Of a stretch of DNA of 64,000 nucleotides, positions 1 to 11,602 are shown one piece after another. Source of the DNA: an uncultured Chthonomonadaceae bacterium (GTDB taxonomy: Bacteria; Armatimonadota; Chthonomonadetes; Chthonomonadales; Chthonomonadaceae); NCBI GenBank assembly GCA_963817895.1, contig CAWFQB010000001.1, positions 832,001 to 896,000 of the forward strand, given 5' to 3'. The notes under the pieces were generated by a model. It worked only from the letters and a program-made list of their open reading frames with translations. It was not told the DNA's origin and searched no databases. Position numbers and translations under genes: made by a program. Numbering within the stretch: position 1 is the stretch's first letter; every line of letters starts with the position of its first letter.

Positions 1-2
1 CG

Positions 3-3000
3 ACATATCAGGGTATCAACAACGGACAACGCGTACCCGCGTTCTTCATTCAGGATCGCAGCGCGCTGGCCCACAGCTACGGCCCGATACAAATCCGCGC
101 TCATGCCACGCCCCTGCACTGGAACGGAACGGATTCTTCGGTTATGAATCCCCTCCCGTTCGACGCCATGCCGGATGATCCGAGCGGGCAGCGCGCGGAC
201 TATCCCGACCTGGACCCGCGCTACGCCAGAATCATCGTCAACAATGACAAGGACGCCCTGCGCGGACTGGCGACCCTGCTCCCGCCCAAAGACAGCGCCA
301 CCAATCCAAACGACCTGTCGCAGCGGACGCCGCAGCCGACACCGATAATGATGTCCATGCAGATTCCCAAATACTTTCCGGGGAATGTGAACCGGGGACA
401 GGTGCGGTATAACTACCGGGGCGCGAACATTGACATCGGAGGCACGTACACCGACCAGGCCGGATTCATTCGCGGCGTCCTCAAAGGCACGGGTGGCCCC
501 GCCTATAACGACGAAAACCCGATTGTCGGGCCGTTGAACAATAACACCGGTTCTGCGGATGCCCTTTCTAATCCTAATGGACTGGTCGGCAGTTCCCCGG
601 CAGGCGGATACATGGGCAATATCGAGGTGGAACTGGTTCCGCCCGGGGGCGGTTCCGCCAATGGCATCGCGCCAATACGCCGCGCAACCTTCAATCAGGC
701 GGCGGGCATCACGGTCACGCGCCGGGGCAACACGGACGCCGCCGCGTATCGCAAGTTCGATACGGGCATCTGCGTCGCGCCCACCTTCCGCATGAAGGTG
801 CTGGAAAGCGCGCTGGACATGGGCAGCCAACCGCACGGCACGGGCTACAGCGACCTGGTCAGCAATACCACAGGCTATCCGGGAGCCGCGCAGTATCGGT
901 ATCCGTTCGCGCCCTCCGGGACCGGCCCGTATGCCGGCGGCCTGTCGCCCTGGGACATTAATGATCAGTTCTCCAGCCTGGCACTGAGCGCGGGCTTCCC
1001 GTCGCAGGGGCGTTTCTTCCGGCCCATGACGCTGATCAGCGACAGCAATGTCAACCTGGTCAACCTGCGCGTCGCCAAACTGCTGGGGATTCCGAGCGCG
1101 GACACAAGCGCGACGCCGAATATGTCCGGGGTTATCAACAACGGGTCGCTGTCGCAAAACCCGCTTCCGGGCATTGCGCGGGCGGCGCGACTGGTGAGCG
1201 ATCAGGTGAACAACCTGCTGTCGCCGCCCATGATCGCCGCGCCGTTCGGGATGCTTCCCTCCGGGGGGGCCACACCCAACTATCCTGGGCAACATCGGCA
1301 TCGTGTCGTCCTTCGACCATGACAGTTTCGCGCAAAGCATACTTGGCGAAAACAACCTGTATCCCATCGCAAATCCTGCCGTTGACGGGGTAGCGGCGGC
1401 GAAGTCGGTAGACCTGAATACCTACTATGGCTCCGCGCTGTTCGGGCCGAAGTGGGCGATAGGCACACAGGGCCGTCCCTCGCTGCACAAGCCCCGCGTG
1501 AACGACAGCAGCGGCAGCGTCGCCACCATACCGGACAAGCCGTATGACTTCGACTATCAGGCGAACGCGCAAAATCAACCGGCCAATCCGAATGGTCCGA
1601 CATATCTCCAGCAGCAGCTTGCGCTTGGGAAGTTCGGCCCGCCCTCTATCGCAATCGCGATTCCGCTTGGAACGCCGGTGGGAACCTATAGCTCGACCAT
1701 CTTCCCGTATGAGGACGCGCTGCCCATTCAGTGGCAGGAGTGGTTGAACAGCTCGACCGGCAATGTGAAACCGGCGAACATCCTGGGCAACAACGACGAC
1801 ATTCTGAATACCACGAATGCGGGCGCTCCCTCGGAACCCTACGCCAATCCCGCCCCAATCGTGAAAGTGACGGTTCGGGAAGGGCGTTTGACCGAAGGCA
1901 CGACAAGCGGCACGATGCCGCAGATTGATGTTCGCAACAATCAGGGCGGTTTTGATCCGATTGGCTTCAACCTGCAGCCGTCCGCGATCATGGTTCCCGA
2001 AGGTGGAAACGCCTCGAACGTTTATAACAAAATATTCCTGTACTGGGCCACAAACCGCCAGTATGACCCGGCGCGTAACAACGGCCAGTACCAGTCGAAC
2101 GGACTGCCCACGCCGTTCGCGCCGTACAACATCGCGTACTCGTCACTGAATACGCCCTACTCGAACCTGAACGGCTACTATCGGGGCGATGCGGACTTCG
2201 GCTACTACAAGGGTAACAATGCCCCCACGCAAAGCGGCGTTCAACTGCCGCAATGGTGGAGCGTGAACTACCCGAAAAACTCGCCGTTCGCGCTTCTGCC
2301 CGGTTTTGATGGCGCGGGGATGCCGCTGGATTACCTGAAGTTGTTCCCGCAGACCGCCGGTTCCCCGGATATGCCCAACGCGGCTTCGGTCCGGTACGGC
2401 AGTCCGGCAACCACGCTGGCAACGCAGTACAACGTTGCCACAGGCCAATTCGAACTGAGTTCGGAATCCTACCTGACGGTGCAGGGGAGCGTGGACAAGA
2501 GCAAGGGTACGGACGCGACGGGAAGGCCGCTTGCGCAGCAGACGGAAACCCGCACGTTTGTCGCCTCGTTGAGCAACCATCTGAACGCTTCGGAGCCGGG
2601 GGCGCCGGATTATGCGGGCGGCACAACGGACAACTGGTTCAAGTCGTTCCTGAATGACCCGAATCTGCCGAAACTCAGCCCGCGCCCCCTGCTCATCAAC
2701 CTGCGCAATGTGCCGGTTGCGGGCGGCGCGAAGGACATCAAGTTCCTGTACGTGTTCTGGTACGCGGGTTCGCAGGGCCGCACGAGCCTGTACTATAATG
2801 TCAACGTGCAGCCGAACGGCATAAACGTGAAGTTCGATGACACAGTCGGCGGGGCCAATCCCACAGGCTTCGGGGTGCTGGGCGACCAGAAACTGTCCAC
2901 GCCCGGTTCGCTGACCTGGCAAAGCGACCCGTACCCGGTGTTCCGCCGCGCATTCGACCCGACGGTAGGAAACGTGGTGGATGCCGTAGACGTGATGTTC

Positions 3001-4464
3001 ACGGGACAATTGAAAAATCGCCAGACGGTAGAGGTTCTGATGGGCCGCTACCGGATCGTGGAGCAGGCGGTTGCGGCAACATCCACAACGCCCGCGCTCG
3101 TAGTCGGGCAACTGGTTGCGATTCCGTTCCCGACAGTGCATCAGGAAACCCTGACGCCCGTTCCCGGAACCAACACCTACGCGGCGCGGGACGCGGCTTG
3201 GTTCCTGCCCAATGATCAGCAGACAGCCGATACCGCAGCCAATAGGTACATGCGGATTTACCTGCAACCGAAGGCCAGCAATTTGGTGTACCTGATCAAC
3301 GGTCAGGGTTATGTCAACGGAGCAACCAATACGTCCACCGGCACACAACGTGGGCGCATTGATCCGGCCTCCGGCCTGGTCTACTTCAACGCGGTCGCCA
3401 CGCTGAATAATCAGATCGCTCTGAATGGCGGCAGGCCCGTTTATGGCGGCGGGCAGATCGTGGTGGATGCGCGGTCAGGCACGGTTTCGTTCCCAAGCAT
3501 ACCGCCGGGTAAAAAAGACACGCTTTATGCGTCGTACACGCCGTACATTATGCGCGTCAATACCTCGCGCGACGAGTACAACATCGAGCGCGACAGCACG
3601 GATATTGCGGGTAATCCAAACCCTTATGGAGGCTTCAGTCTGGCAAACTTCCAAGCGTCGGCGGCGTCAACGTCACCGGGCCAGAACTACGCGCCGACGA
3701 TGGTGCTGGATCGCGCCGCGAACTATCGTGGCACGCTCCAATCGCCGCAGGTGTTGTTCGATGTCAATAACCAGCCTGCCACCGCGTTTAACAATCAGGG
3801 CGCGATAACCACGCCGTTCCTGCCGCCGGTAACTCGCATGTGGGCGCTGTACCGCAAAACGGATGCCGCCGGTTCTGTGAAGGCCAGCGTGTTCATGAAA
3901 TCGCTGCGCCTGATGGCCCGCCTGCCACTGCCTGTCGCCACTATCGCGACAAACGGCACGGCAACATCACCGCTTGCCGCGCAGCGCATCCAGTCCATGT
4001 CCGTCGTCAGTACAGACCCGAACTCGACCGATAAAGGGCTATGAAGTGGATTGGATACGCGGGCGCGTGTACTTCCAGGAGGAGGATGAAGGGAACCTCG
4101 TCAAGATCAACTACCGGTTCTACAATCCGGCAACGGGACAAACCGGAATTCGGGCAACCTGTACTACCGCGTGGCATGGGGCGATGAGATAAGCTCCACC
4201 GGCCATCCCTTTGACACTGCGGGCAAATGGGCGGGCGACCAGACAACGCCGGAAGCGCTGATGCCGACCTCCTCGGTTGTCAATGAGGGCCAGGTTGCCG
4301 CGTTCAAAGACCCGTTCATAGACAAACTGTGGGTGTTCTGGAGCAGCACGCGGGCGGGAACCAGCATTGGTCCTGCCAACAATCCGCTCTCACTCGGCCA
4401 GACGGACCTGTACTATGAGACGCTCGCGCCCCAGTTCTACTCGCCATCGAGCAATCAGTACTGA
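3..4464 (+). CDS. C-terminal part of a very large, probably secreted/surface beta-rich protein (5'-truncated by window; frameshifts near 1285, 4030, 4150)
   Basis: Frame is open from base 3 into ORF 144..1322. ORFs 1303..4044, 3974..4192 and 4171..4464 join by single-base shifts. N/T/G/P/Y-rich composition typical of extracellular proteins; no catalytic motif recognised. Confidence 0.65.
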
Positions 4465-4502
4465 GGAAGTAGACGGTAGACAGTAGAAATGCCGCGATGC
4501 TC

Positions 4503-4545
4503 AAAGCCTCTCCCTGTAATCACAAGTTGCGGGGAGAGGCTTTTG
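4503..4545 (+). terminator. Hairpin plus T-tract after the large gene
   Basis: AAAGCCTCTCCC...GGGAGAGGCTTTT inverted repeat about 40 nt after the stop codon. Confidence 0.5.
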
Positions 4546-4573
4546 TATGATATACCATCAAAGTCGAACATCA

Positions 4574-4620
4574 GTAGAGGCGCTGCTTGCCGCGCCCTCC
4601 TTACGCGGGGGAAGGAGGGC
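4574..4620. repeat. GTAG-type REP-like palindrome
   Basis: GTAGAGGCGC...GCGCCCTC overlapping a GCCCTCCTT/AAGGAGGGC hairpin. Confidence 0.3.
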
Positions 4621-4919
4621 CGCTTATTTTCATGCTCTCAGGAGAATGTAGTTTATGGAGGCCATCAGGAAAATAGGGGATTGTAAATAGCTGGCAACGA
4701 AACGGGCGTAAGGGGCGTAAATGGTATGAATACGGAACATGCGCGGGCAGCAAATTCCGCCCGTCGCGCTTCCAAACATTGCGCCTGAACTTAAGACTCT
4801 ATCTCTTAAACGGGCCAATTTAACAGTCTGAAGCGGGCCGACAGCAAGGATTTGTAGATCAGCGCGGATGCTGATTTGCGATCCTGCTGCGGTGAAACGC
4901 TTTGAAGGAGCTTGTGACC

Positions 4920-5539
4920 ATGCCGGAATTTACCCTGCCCCCCCTGCCTTACGATTATGCCGCGCTGGAACCGCATATTGATGCCCAGACCATGCAGATT
5001 CACCACGACAAGCACCACCAGACGTACGTGACCAATCTGAACGCCGCGCTCAAAGACACGCCCGAACATCTGGAAAAAACGCCCGAAGCAATCATTTCCA
5101 ACCTGAGCGCCCTGCCCGAAGGCGTCCGGACAGCCGTTCGCAACAACGGCGGCGGGCACGTCAATCATACCATGTTCTGGGAAATCATGACACCGGGCGG
5201 CAGCGCAACTCCGACCGGCGCACTGGCCGCAGCCATTACCAGCACATTCGGCGATTTGGACACCTTAAAAAAACAGGTCAACGAGGCGGCCGCAAAACGG
5301 TTCGGCAGCGGCTGGTCCTGGCTTGTGGCGGACAGCAGCGGCGCTTTAGCGTGGCCAGCACACCCAATCAGGACAACCCGCTGATGGACGGCAAAACCCC
5401 CATTCTCGGCGTAGACGTGTGGGAACACGCCTACTACCTGAAATACCAGAACAAGCGTCCCGATTATCTCGCCGCCTGGTGGAACACCGTCAACTGGGAC
5501 GAGGTTGGCAAGCGGTACGAGAACGCGAAGAAGGGGTAA
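4920..5539 (+). CDS. sodA: Superoxide dismutase, Mn-type signature (frameshift near 5350)
   Basis: [43 protein letters not shown] and DVWEHAYY across ORFs 4902..5384 and 5351..5539. GGGH and QD residues indicate Mn specificity; AAGGAG RBS. Confidence 0.93.
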
Positions 5540-5647
5540 GATACGAGATACGAGATACGAGTGGCTCATTACTCGCAAGAATACTTTCAAGAGAAGACAT
5601 GCCTTTCAACGCTGGTTCTCGTATCTCATATCTCGTATCTCCTATCT
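5539..5647. repeat. Inverted heptamer array (GATACGA)n...(TCGTATC)n
   Basis: About 3 units per arm around a ~55-nt spacer. Confidence 0.85.
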
Positions 5648-5652
5648 AAACT

Positions 5653-6471
5653 ATGCACTCCGAAGTAGAGATCACGCGCTGGCAGAGCGGCACAAATTGC
5701 GAATTGCAGGATTGTGTCGCTCTGGAAGCGCCGCTGGAAATTTTCGTCAATGGCGAAAGTCTGGCGGTAACAATGCGAACTCCCGGCCACGATTTTGAAC
5801 TGGCTGCCGGGTTTTTATATGCGGAAAGCGTGATTGCGAGTCGGTGGGACATCGCCACGATGGGCTACTGGGGACGAGCCGAAGACCCGGACTGGGGCAA
5901 TGTGCTGCACGTTGCTTTGCGCCCCGGCGTTCAGGCGGAGGACAAGCAGGCGCGATTGCAGCGGAATTTTCTCGCCACTTCCGCGTGTGGCGTGTGCGGC
6001 AAAGCCAGTCTGGACGCGATTCAGTGTCTGGCCGCGCCCCTGCCCGATGATGCGGTTGTGGTATCCGCTTCCACGATTTGCCGCCTGAGCGAACAGTTGC
6101 GCCACGCGCAGAAAACGTTCGACCGCACGGGCGGGCTTCATGCGGCGGGTCTGTTCGACCTGAACGGCGATCTGCTTGCCATCCGCGAAGATGTCGGGCG
6201 ACATAATGCGCTGGACAAACTCATCGGCGCGGAAGTGAACGCGGGCAAACTGCCCTTGAGTGAGCATATTCTGCTCGTCAGCGGGCGCGCCAGTTTCGAG
6301 ATACTGCAAAAAGCGGCTATGGCGCGAATACCGATTATATGCGCCGTATCCGCGCCATCATCCTTAGCCGTACAACTCGCCAATGACCTGAACATCACGC
6401 TCATCGGCTTTCTGCGTGGCGACACGTTCAACGTTTACGCGGCAGGCAAACGGCTTCGCGGCGCGGAATAG
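5653..6471 (+). CDS. fdhD: Formate dehydrogenase accessory sulfurtransferase FdhD
   Basis: MRTPG.D.ELA.GFL, SACGVCG, TGGLHAA, EDVGRHNALDK, SGRASFE, SAPSSLA. Confidence 0.95.
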   Translation: MHSEVEITRWQSGTNCELQDCVALEAPLEIFVNGESLAVTMRTPGHDFELAAGFLYAESVIASRWDIATMGYWGRAEDPDWGNVLHVALRPGVQAEDKQARLQRNFLATSACGVCGKASLDAIQCLAAPLPDDAVVVSASTICRLSEQLRHAQKTFDRTGGLHAAGLFDLNGDLLAIREDVGRHNALDKLIGAEVNAGKLPLSEHILLVSGRASFEILQKAAMARIPIICAVSAPSSLAVQLANDLNITLIGFLRGDTFNVYAAGKRLRGAE

Positions 6472-6513
6472 CCCTCACCCCAACCCCTCTCCCAAAAAAG
6501 CCTGGGAGAGGGG
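6471..6513. repeat. CCCTCACCCC...GGGAGAGGGG REP-like hairpin
   Basis: CCCTCACCCCAACCCCTCTCCC-AAAAAAGCCT-GGGAGAGGGG; same family recurs at 7377, 7519, 8952, 40004 and 40095. Confidence 0.8.
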
Positions 6514-6611
6514 CCAATGTAGAGATAGCCCCTTTCCACAAAACGTATTTCCAAAGCCAGGCAGAAATACAAAATATGAGGCAGGGGACTCTGGTAATTT
6601 ATGAGAGTGGT

Positions 6612-7007
6612 ATGAAAATAAGATGGACACACGATAGCGTCAGGCTGCGCATTACGCCCTCGGAACTGGAGGCGTTGGGGCGCAGCGAGATTGTCAAGGA
6701 ACGGCTGTGCTTTACCGGGGCGGTCAACGGCTGGGGCGCGGCGATTTTGCCCGGCGTGGCGGCAACCAGCGTACAGCTTGTCGGCGGCGATCTACTGGTA
6801 CGCCTGTCGGGAGAAGACTGTAAGCGGTTGAGCGAAGCGGATTGCGAGGGCGTGTACTTTCAGGTGGAGGAGGATACCGCCACCCGCTACTACATCGAAA
6901 AGGATTTCCCCTGCGTCCATCCCCGCGCCAGCGAAGCGATGGAGCCGCCAACGGAAACCTTTCCCGCGCCGGAGGGGTTTGAAGAAAGGAAGCAAGAAAA
7001 TGAGTGA
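6612..7007 (+). CDS. Conserved hypothetical protein (MKIR...VRLRI...E...YYIEKDFPC type)
   Basis: ORF directly after fdhD; stop overlaps the next ATG. Confidence 0.7.
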   Translation: MKIRWTHDSVRLRITPSELEALGRSEIVKERLCFTGAVNGWGAAILPGVAATSVQLVGGDLLVRLSGEDCKRLSEADCEGVYFQVEEDTATRYYIEKDFPCVHPRASEAMEPPTETFPAPEGFEERKQENE

Positions 7008-7377
7008 GGAAGTTCAGAAGCCGAATACGGACGATTCGGCAACGCATAACGATAGAACGCACAACGACAACCCGCAGACCGCCGCCAACGATGTGAACCG
7101 CACCATTGGCAGCGGCTATGCGGGCGCGGGCGGGACGCCGGAAGATTATCGTACAAGCAGCGACGGCGACGAGCCGAACGAACCGACCGGCGACACCAAC
7201 ATCGCCAACGCGGAGGGCGTATCGGGCAACGCGCCCATAGCAGGCGCAGCCGTTACGGATAACCGCGACCGTGAAAACCATCCCGTTCCCGGTTCCGGCG
7301 GCGATGTACACATCAACGCGACGGGCGGGCAGGCTTCAAGCATCTCCGGCAACACGACAACCGCAGGCGGAGATTGA
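7000..7377 (+). CDS. Hydrophilic low-complexity (D/N/T/G-rich) hypothetical protein
   Basis: ATG overlapping the upstream stop, AAGGA RBS, probably disordered. Confidence 0.6.
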   Translation: MSEEVQKPNTDDSATHNDRTHNDNPQTAANDVNRTIGSGYAGAGGTPEDYRTSSDGDEPNEPTGDTNIANAEGVSGNAPIAGAAVTDNRDRENHPVPGSGGDVHINATGGQASSISGNTTTAGGD

Positions 7378-7567
7378 CCTCACCCCAACCCCTCTCCTTG
7401 CCGCGCAACGCGCCAGGAGAGGGGCTATTTTAGTCATTCGTCTCCCGTTCACCTTTTGATTTAACGCGTTAAACGTGAAGTAATACGTCTCTTTTAACCA
7501 GAACAGGCAAGCATAAAAGCCCCTCTCCTGGCGCGTTGCGCGGCAAGGAGAGGGGTTGGGGTGAGGT
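7377..7567. repeat. Inverted pair of CCTCACCCC REP-like elements between convergent genes
   Basis: 7377-7424 and 7519-7567 are near-perfect reverse complements. Confidence 0.85.
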
Positions 7568-8746
7568 TCACTTTGCGGAGAAAATATACTCCGTTGTTTG
7601 ATGGTAGGTTTGACCGGGGCGAAGGACGACGGACGGGAAGTTGGGGTGGTTGATCGCGTCCGGGTAGTGCTGCGCTTCCAGACAGAACGCGCCGTGCTGA
7701 TTGTAGTTGACGCCGCCCGTGCCGGTCAGGGTTCCGTCGAGGAAGTTGGCTGTGTAAAACTGGACGCCGGGTTCCGTTGTGTACATCGTCAGCGTCCGGC
7801 CTGTTGTCGGCTCATGCGCTTTGGCGGCCAGGGTCAGGGAGTGTCCGCCGCCATTGATAACATAGTTGTGATCGTAGCCGGTCGGGTCGCTACCCACATC
7901 CAGAATATGATCGCCAATTTTATGCATCGTGGTAAAGTCCAGCGGCGTGCCTTTTACGGGCTTGATGGCCCCTGTAGGTATCAGCGTCTCATCGGAGGGC
8001 GTGTACGAAGCCGCGTTGAGCATCAATTCATGGTCAGAAACGTCGCCCGAACCCGCCAGATTAAAGTAGCTGTGATTGGTCAGATTGACGGGCGTAGCCT
8101 TGTCGGTTGTGGCCGTATAGTCAATCTTGATGCCGTTGTTGTTGGTCAGCGTGTACACGACAGCCACGCTCAAATTGCCGGGGTAGCCCTCTTCGCCGTC
8201 TTTGCTGGTATACGTGAACTTCACGGCGGAACCCTCGCCGCTTGTCATCGGAGTGGCCTTCCAAACCCGCTTATCGAACCCTTTCAGTCCGCCGTGCAGG
8301 GAGTTGGGGCCGTTGTTGACCGCCAGTTTGTACGCCTTGCCGTCCACTTTGAAGCGGCCTTTGGCGACGCGGTTGGCAACGCGCCCGACCGTCGCGCCGA
8401 AATACGCGGTGGCTTTGGTATAGGCTTCCAGATTGTCGAACCCGCACACCACATTGCCCATTTTGCCGCTCTTGTCCGGCACATATACTTGCGTGAGCGT
8501 CGCGCCGTACGTTGTGATGCGGGCTTTCACGCCATGCGCGTTTGTCAGCGTGTAAATCTCTACAGCCTCGCCACCCGGCATCTTGCCGAACGGCGAGCGC
8601 GTGATACCCGCCTTCATGCCCGATTTCGCGTCCATTTTGCCGTTCGGCTTTGCGGGCGGTTTGGCCCATCCGCCGGTCACAGCCAGTGCGTTCAGCATCA
8701 GAACCCCTGCCATCATTGCAGTTCGCTTCATTGGTTTGCTCTCCAT
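7568..8746 (-). CDS. galM: Aldose 1-epimerase (mutarotase) with N-terminal signal peptide
   Basis: GRVANR, LHGG, EEGYPG, NLTNHSYFNL, YDHNY, CLEAQHYPDA; N-terminus is basic then hydrophobic, ending GGWA. Confidence 0.93.
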   Translation of the reverse strand: MESKPMKRTAMMAGVLMLNALAVTGGWAKPPAKPNGKMDAKSGMKAGITRSPFGKMPGGEAVEIYTLTNAHGVKARITTYGATLTQVYVPDKSGKMGNVVCGFDNLEAYTKATAYFGATVGRVANRVAKGRFKVDGKAYKLAVNNGPNSLHGGLKGFDKRVWKATPMTSGEGSAVKFTYTSKDGEEGYPGNLSVAVVYTLTNNNGIKIDYTATTDKATPVNLTNHSYFNLAGSGDVSDHELMLNAASYTPSDETLIPTGAIKPVKGTPLDFTTMHKIGDHILDVGSDPTGYDHNYVINGGGHSLTLAAKAHEPTTGRTLTMYTTEPGVQFYTANFLDGTLTGTGGVNYNQHGAFCLEAQHYPDAINHPNFPSVVLRPGQTYHQTTEYIFSAK

Positions 8747-8840
8747 TGCTCTTCGTTAGATTGATAAACTCGAAGTAAGTTTGCAAAGGTTCCTTCTGCC
8801 TGCAAGCCCGCTTTTCCTGCTTGAAACTGTTCCCTGCATC

Positions 8841-8901
8841 GAAAACGTTGCCCGATAGCGCGAAAAGCGGTATTGACAACCGCTTTCCCGCGTGTTAAGA
8901 T
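8841..8901 (+). promoter_or_regulatory. Sigma70 promoter for uxaE with overlapping LacI-type operator-like palindromes
   Basis: TTGACA (8873-8878), 17 bp, TGtTAAGAT (8893-8901). AAAGCGGT/ACCGCTTT inverted repeat straddles -35; GAAAACGTTGCC at 8841. Confidence 0.65.
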
Positions 8902-8951
8902 AGCGCCACAAACAGTTTAGCAACACTACTCTACAAGTTTACTCCTTAAAA

Positions 8952-9002
8952 GCCCCTCTCCTAGCGACGCAGGAGCGACCAGGAGAGGGGTTGGGGTGAG
9001 GT
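8952..9002. repeat. REP-like GGAGAGGGGTTGGGGTGAGG element supplying the uxaE RBS
   Basis: Same family as 7519-7567; its GGGGTGAGG end lies just upstream of ATG 9008. Confidence 0.75.
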
Positions 9003-9007
9003 GAATT

Positions 9008-10276
9008 ATGCTCACACTCTCGAAATACTCGTTCGGCGTTGGAGATCGGTTCGCGCATCAGGCTGAAGCGCAATTACGCGCCTGCATGTTGGCGGCGGAA
9101 CAGGGCGCGGACGTGGTTCCCGTGTGGAACAAATCCAACCGCGAACATACCACGATTGGCTCACAGCCGGACAGCGTTCGCGCCGCAGCCGACGCCGCCG
9201 TTCAAGAACTACACTGGAACAAGCCGTACCACGTAGACGCCGACCATATCCGGCTGGAAACGGTAGACAATTTCCTCGCGTCCAGCGACTTCTATACCAT
9301 AGACGTAGCTGACAGCATCGGCAAACCTGCGGATGCGCAAGCGGTAACGGATTTCGCGTCACGTCACCCCGAACTGACCGGAACCGCGCAGATACCCGGC
9401 ATCGAAACGCCGTTTGAAATCACCCGCGCCGAAGTGGAGCGGATCGCGGACAAGTATCTGCTGGCTGTGCAGGAGGCCGGGCAGATTTATCGGCATATCG
9501 CAGCCGCCAAAGGAGAAGACGGCTTCATTACCGAAGTTTCGATGGACGAGACCGATAGCCCGCAAACCCCGCCCGAACTGCTTGTCATTCTTGCTGCCCT
9601 TGCCGACGAGCAAATACCCATTCAGACCATCGCGCCCAAGTTTACGGGCCGCTTCAACAAGGGCGTGGATTACGTTGGCGACGTGGTTCAGTTCGAGAAA
9701 GAGTTCAACGACGACCTTGCCGTCATCGCGTTCGCAATTTCTACATACGGCCTGCCCGCCGGTTTAAAACTCAGCGTCCATTCAGGCAGCGACAAGTTTT
9801 CCATCTACGCGCCCATTCGCCGCGCCCTCGCCCGCTTTGATGCCGGACTGCACATCAAAACGGCGGGAACGACATGGCTGGAAGAACTGATCGGACTTGC
9901 CGAAGCGGGTGGCGAAGGGCTGGAACTGGCGAAAGAGATTTATGGCAAGGCGCTGGAAAAACAGGACGCGCTGTGCGCCCCGTATGCCGCCGTGATTGAC
10001 ATTGACGCGGCCAAATTGCCGTCCGCCCAAACCGTCAACGGCTGGACGTCGGAACAGTACGTGTCCGCCCTGCGCCACGACCAGAGCAATCCCGCCTTCA
10101 ATCCCTCCCTGCGGCAACTGCTGCATGTCGGCTACAAAATCGCCGCGCAAATGGGCGGCCGCTATCTCAACGCCTTGAAAGCCAATGAACTGAGTGTGGC
10201 CCGCAACGTTACCGAAAATCTATACGACCGCCATTTGAAGCCGCTGTTCGTATCTAACGCCGGAGGGGTTAAATGA
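9008..10276 (+). CDS. uxaE: Tagaturonate/fructuronate epimerase
   Basis: SFGVGDR, DADH, EVSMDE, APKFTG.F.KGVDY, KLSVHSGSDKFS, HIKTAGT.WLE. Confidence 0.9.
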   Translation: MLTLSKYSFGVGDRFAHQAEAQLRACMLAAEQGADVVPVWNKSNREHTTIGSQPDSVRAAADAAVQELHWNKPYHVDADHIRLETVDNFLASSDFYTIDVADSIGKPADAQAVTDFASRHPELTGTAQIPGIETPFEITRAEVERIADKYLLAVQEAGQIYRHIAAAKGEDGFITEVSMDETDSPQTPPELLVILAALADEQIPIQTIAPKFTGRFNKGVDYVGDVVQFEKEFNDDLAVIAFAISTYGLPAGLKLSVHSGSDKFSIYAPIRRALARFDAGLHIKTAGTTWLEELIGLAEAGGEGLELAKEIYGKALEKQDALCAPYAAVIDIDAAKLPSAQTVNGWTSEQYVSALRHDQSNPAFNPSLRQLLHVGYKIAAQMGGRYLNALKANELSVARNVTENLYDRHLKPLFVSNAGGVK

Positions 10277-11098
10277 GCGGCGGTTTATACTCCAATCTGT
10301 TCGATCTGACGGGCGAAACGGCGGTTGTGCTGGGCGGCACGGGCGTATTGGGCGGCGCGATGGCGATGGCCTTAGCGGGCGCGGGAGCGCGCGTCGCCGA
10401 TTGTCGGGCGCAGCGCGGAGCGGGGGCAGGAGCGGGTTCGCGGCATTGAACAAGCGGGCGGGCAGGCCATGTTCCAATCGGCGGACGCGCTGAACGCCGA
10501 TTCGCTGACGCGGGCGCGGGATGCGATTATCGCCGCATGGGGAACGCCGACAATTCTGGTCAATGCGGCGGGCGGCAATCGCCCGGATGCTACCCTGCCA
10601 CCCGGCGCGGACTTTTGCAAACTGCCGCTCGAAGCGTGGCAGGGCGTGTTCGACCTGAATCTGGTGGGCGGCGTCTTGCTGCCGTGTCAGGTATTCGGCG
10701 AAAGCATGATTGGAGCGGGAAAAGGCAGCATCATCAATATCGCGTCCCTGTCGGGCATGACGCCGCTTTCCCGCGTGGTCGCGTATTCCGCCGCCAAAGC
10801 CGCCGTGCTGAACCTGACGCAGTTTCTGGCCCGCGAGTGGGCGCGGCAGGGCGTGCGCGTCAACGCCCTCAGTCCGGGCTTTTTCCCCGCCGAGCAGAAC
10901 CGCGCCCTGCTGTTCCAGCCGGACGGCAGCTATTCGGAGCGGGGCGGGCAGATCATCGGGCATACGCCGATGGCGCGTTTCGGCGATGCGCCCGAACTGG
11001 CGGGAGCGGTTGTCTGGCTGGCTTCGCATCGCGCAAGTTCGTTCGTCACCGGCCAGAACATCGTCGTGGACGGCGGCTTTTCCACCACCACCATTTGA
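10273..11098 (+). CDS. uxuB: SDR-family D-mannonate oxidoreductase / fructuronate reductase (frameshift near 10400)
   Basis: ATG overlaps uxaE stop; FDLTGETAVVLGGTGVLG, NAAGGN, YSAAK, PGFFPAEQNR, TPMARFG, VDGGF. Confidence 0.8.
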
Positions 11099-11107
11099 GG
11101 AGTAACC

Positions 11108-11602
11108 ATGATTTACAAAATGCGGCAGAAGTTCTTTGCGCTCGGACACGATTTCACGATTCAGGACAGCGAGGGGCGCGACGTGTACGAGGTGGACGGC
11201 AAGTTCCTGAGCCTGAGCAACAAACTGGCGTTTCGGGACATGGCGGGCAACGAACTCGCGTACATCGCGCAAAAACTGCTGGCGTGGGGGCCAACGTATG
11301 AAATCTCGCATAATGGCGAACTGAAAGCCGTCGTGAAGGAATCCCTCTTCACTCTGTTCAAGCACCGCTTCACCGTAGACGTGGAAGGCCCGGATGACCT
11401 GATTGCCCAGGGCAACTTTATGGATTACGAGTACACGTTTACGCGCGACAGCCAGACAATAGCGACAATATCCAAAAAGTGGTTTTCCATCACGGACACG
11501 TATGGCGTGGAAATGGCGGACAGCGAAGACGATATTCTCATTCTGGCAAGCGCGGTCGTAATTGATCTCGTCCGCGACGCCGCGCATCACCGCAAACAAT
11601 GA
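11108..11602 (+). CDS. LURP-one/scramblase-like (YxjI/DUF567) protein
   Basis: YKMRQKFF...F.I.D..G, ISKKWFSITDTYGVE, ILASAVVID. Confidence 0.85.
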   Translation: MIYKMRQKFFALGHDFTIQDSEGRDVYEVDGKFLSLSNKLAFRDMAGNELAYIAQKLLAWGPTYEISHNGELKAVVKESLFTLFKHRFTVDVEGPDDLIAQGNFMDYEYTFTRDSQTIATISKKWFSITDTYGVEMADSEDDILILASAVVIDLVRDAAHHRKQ

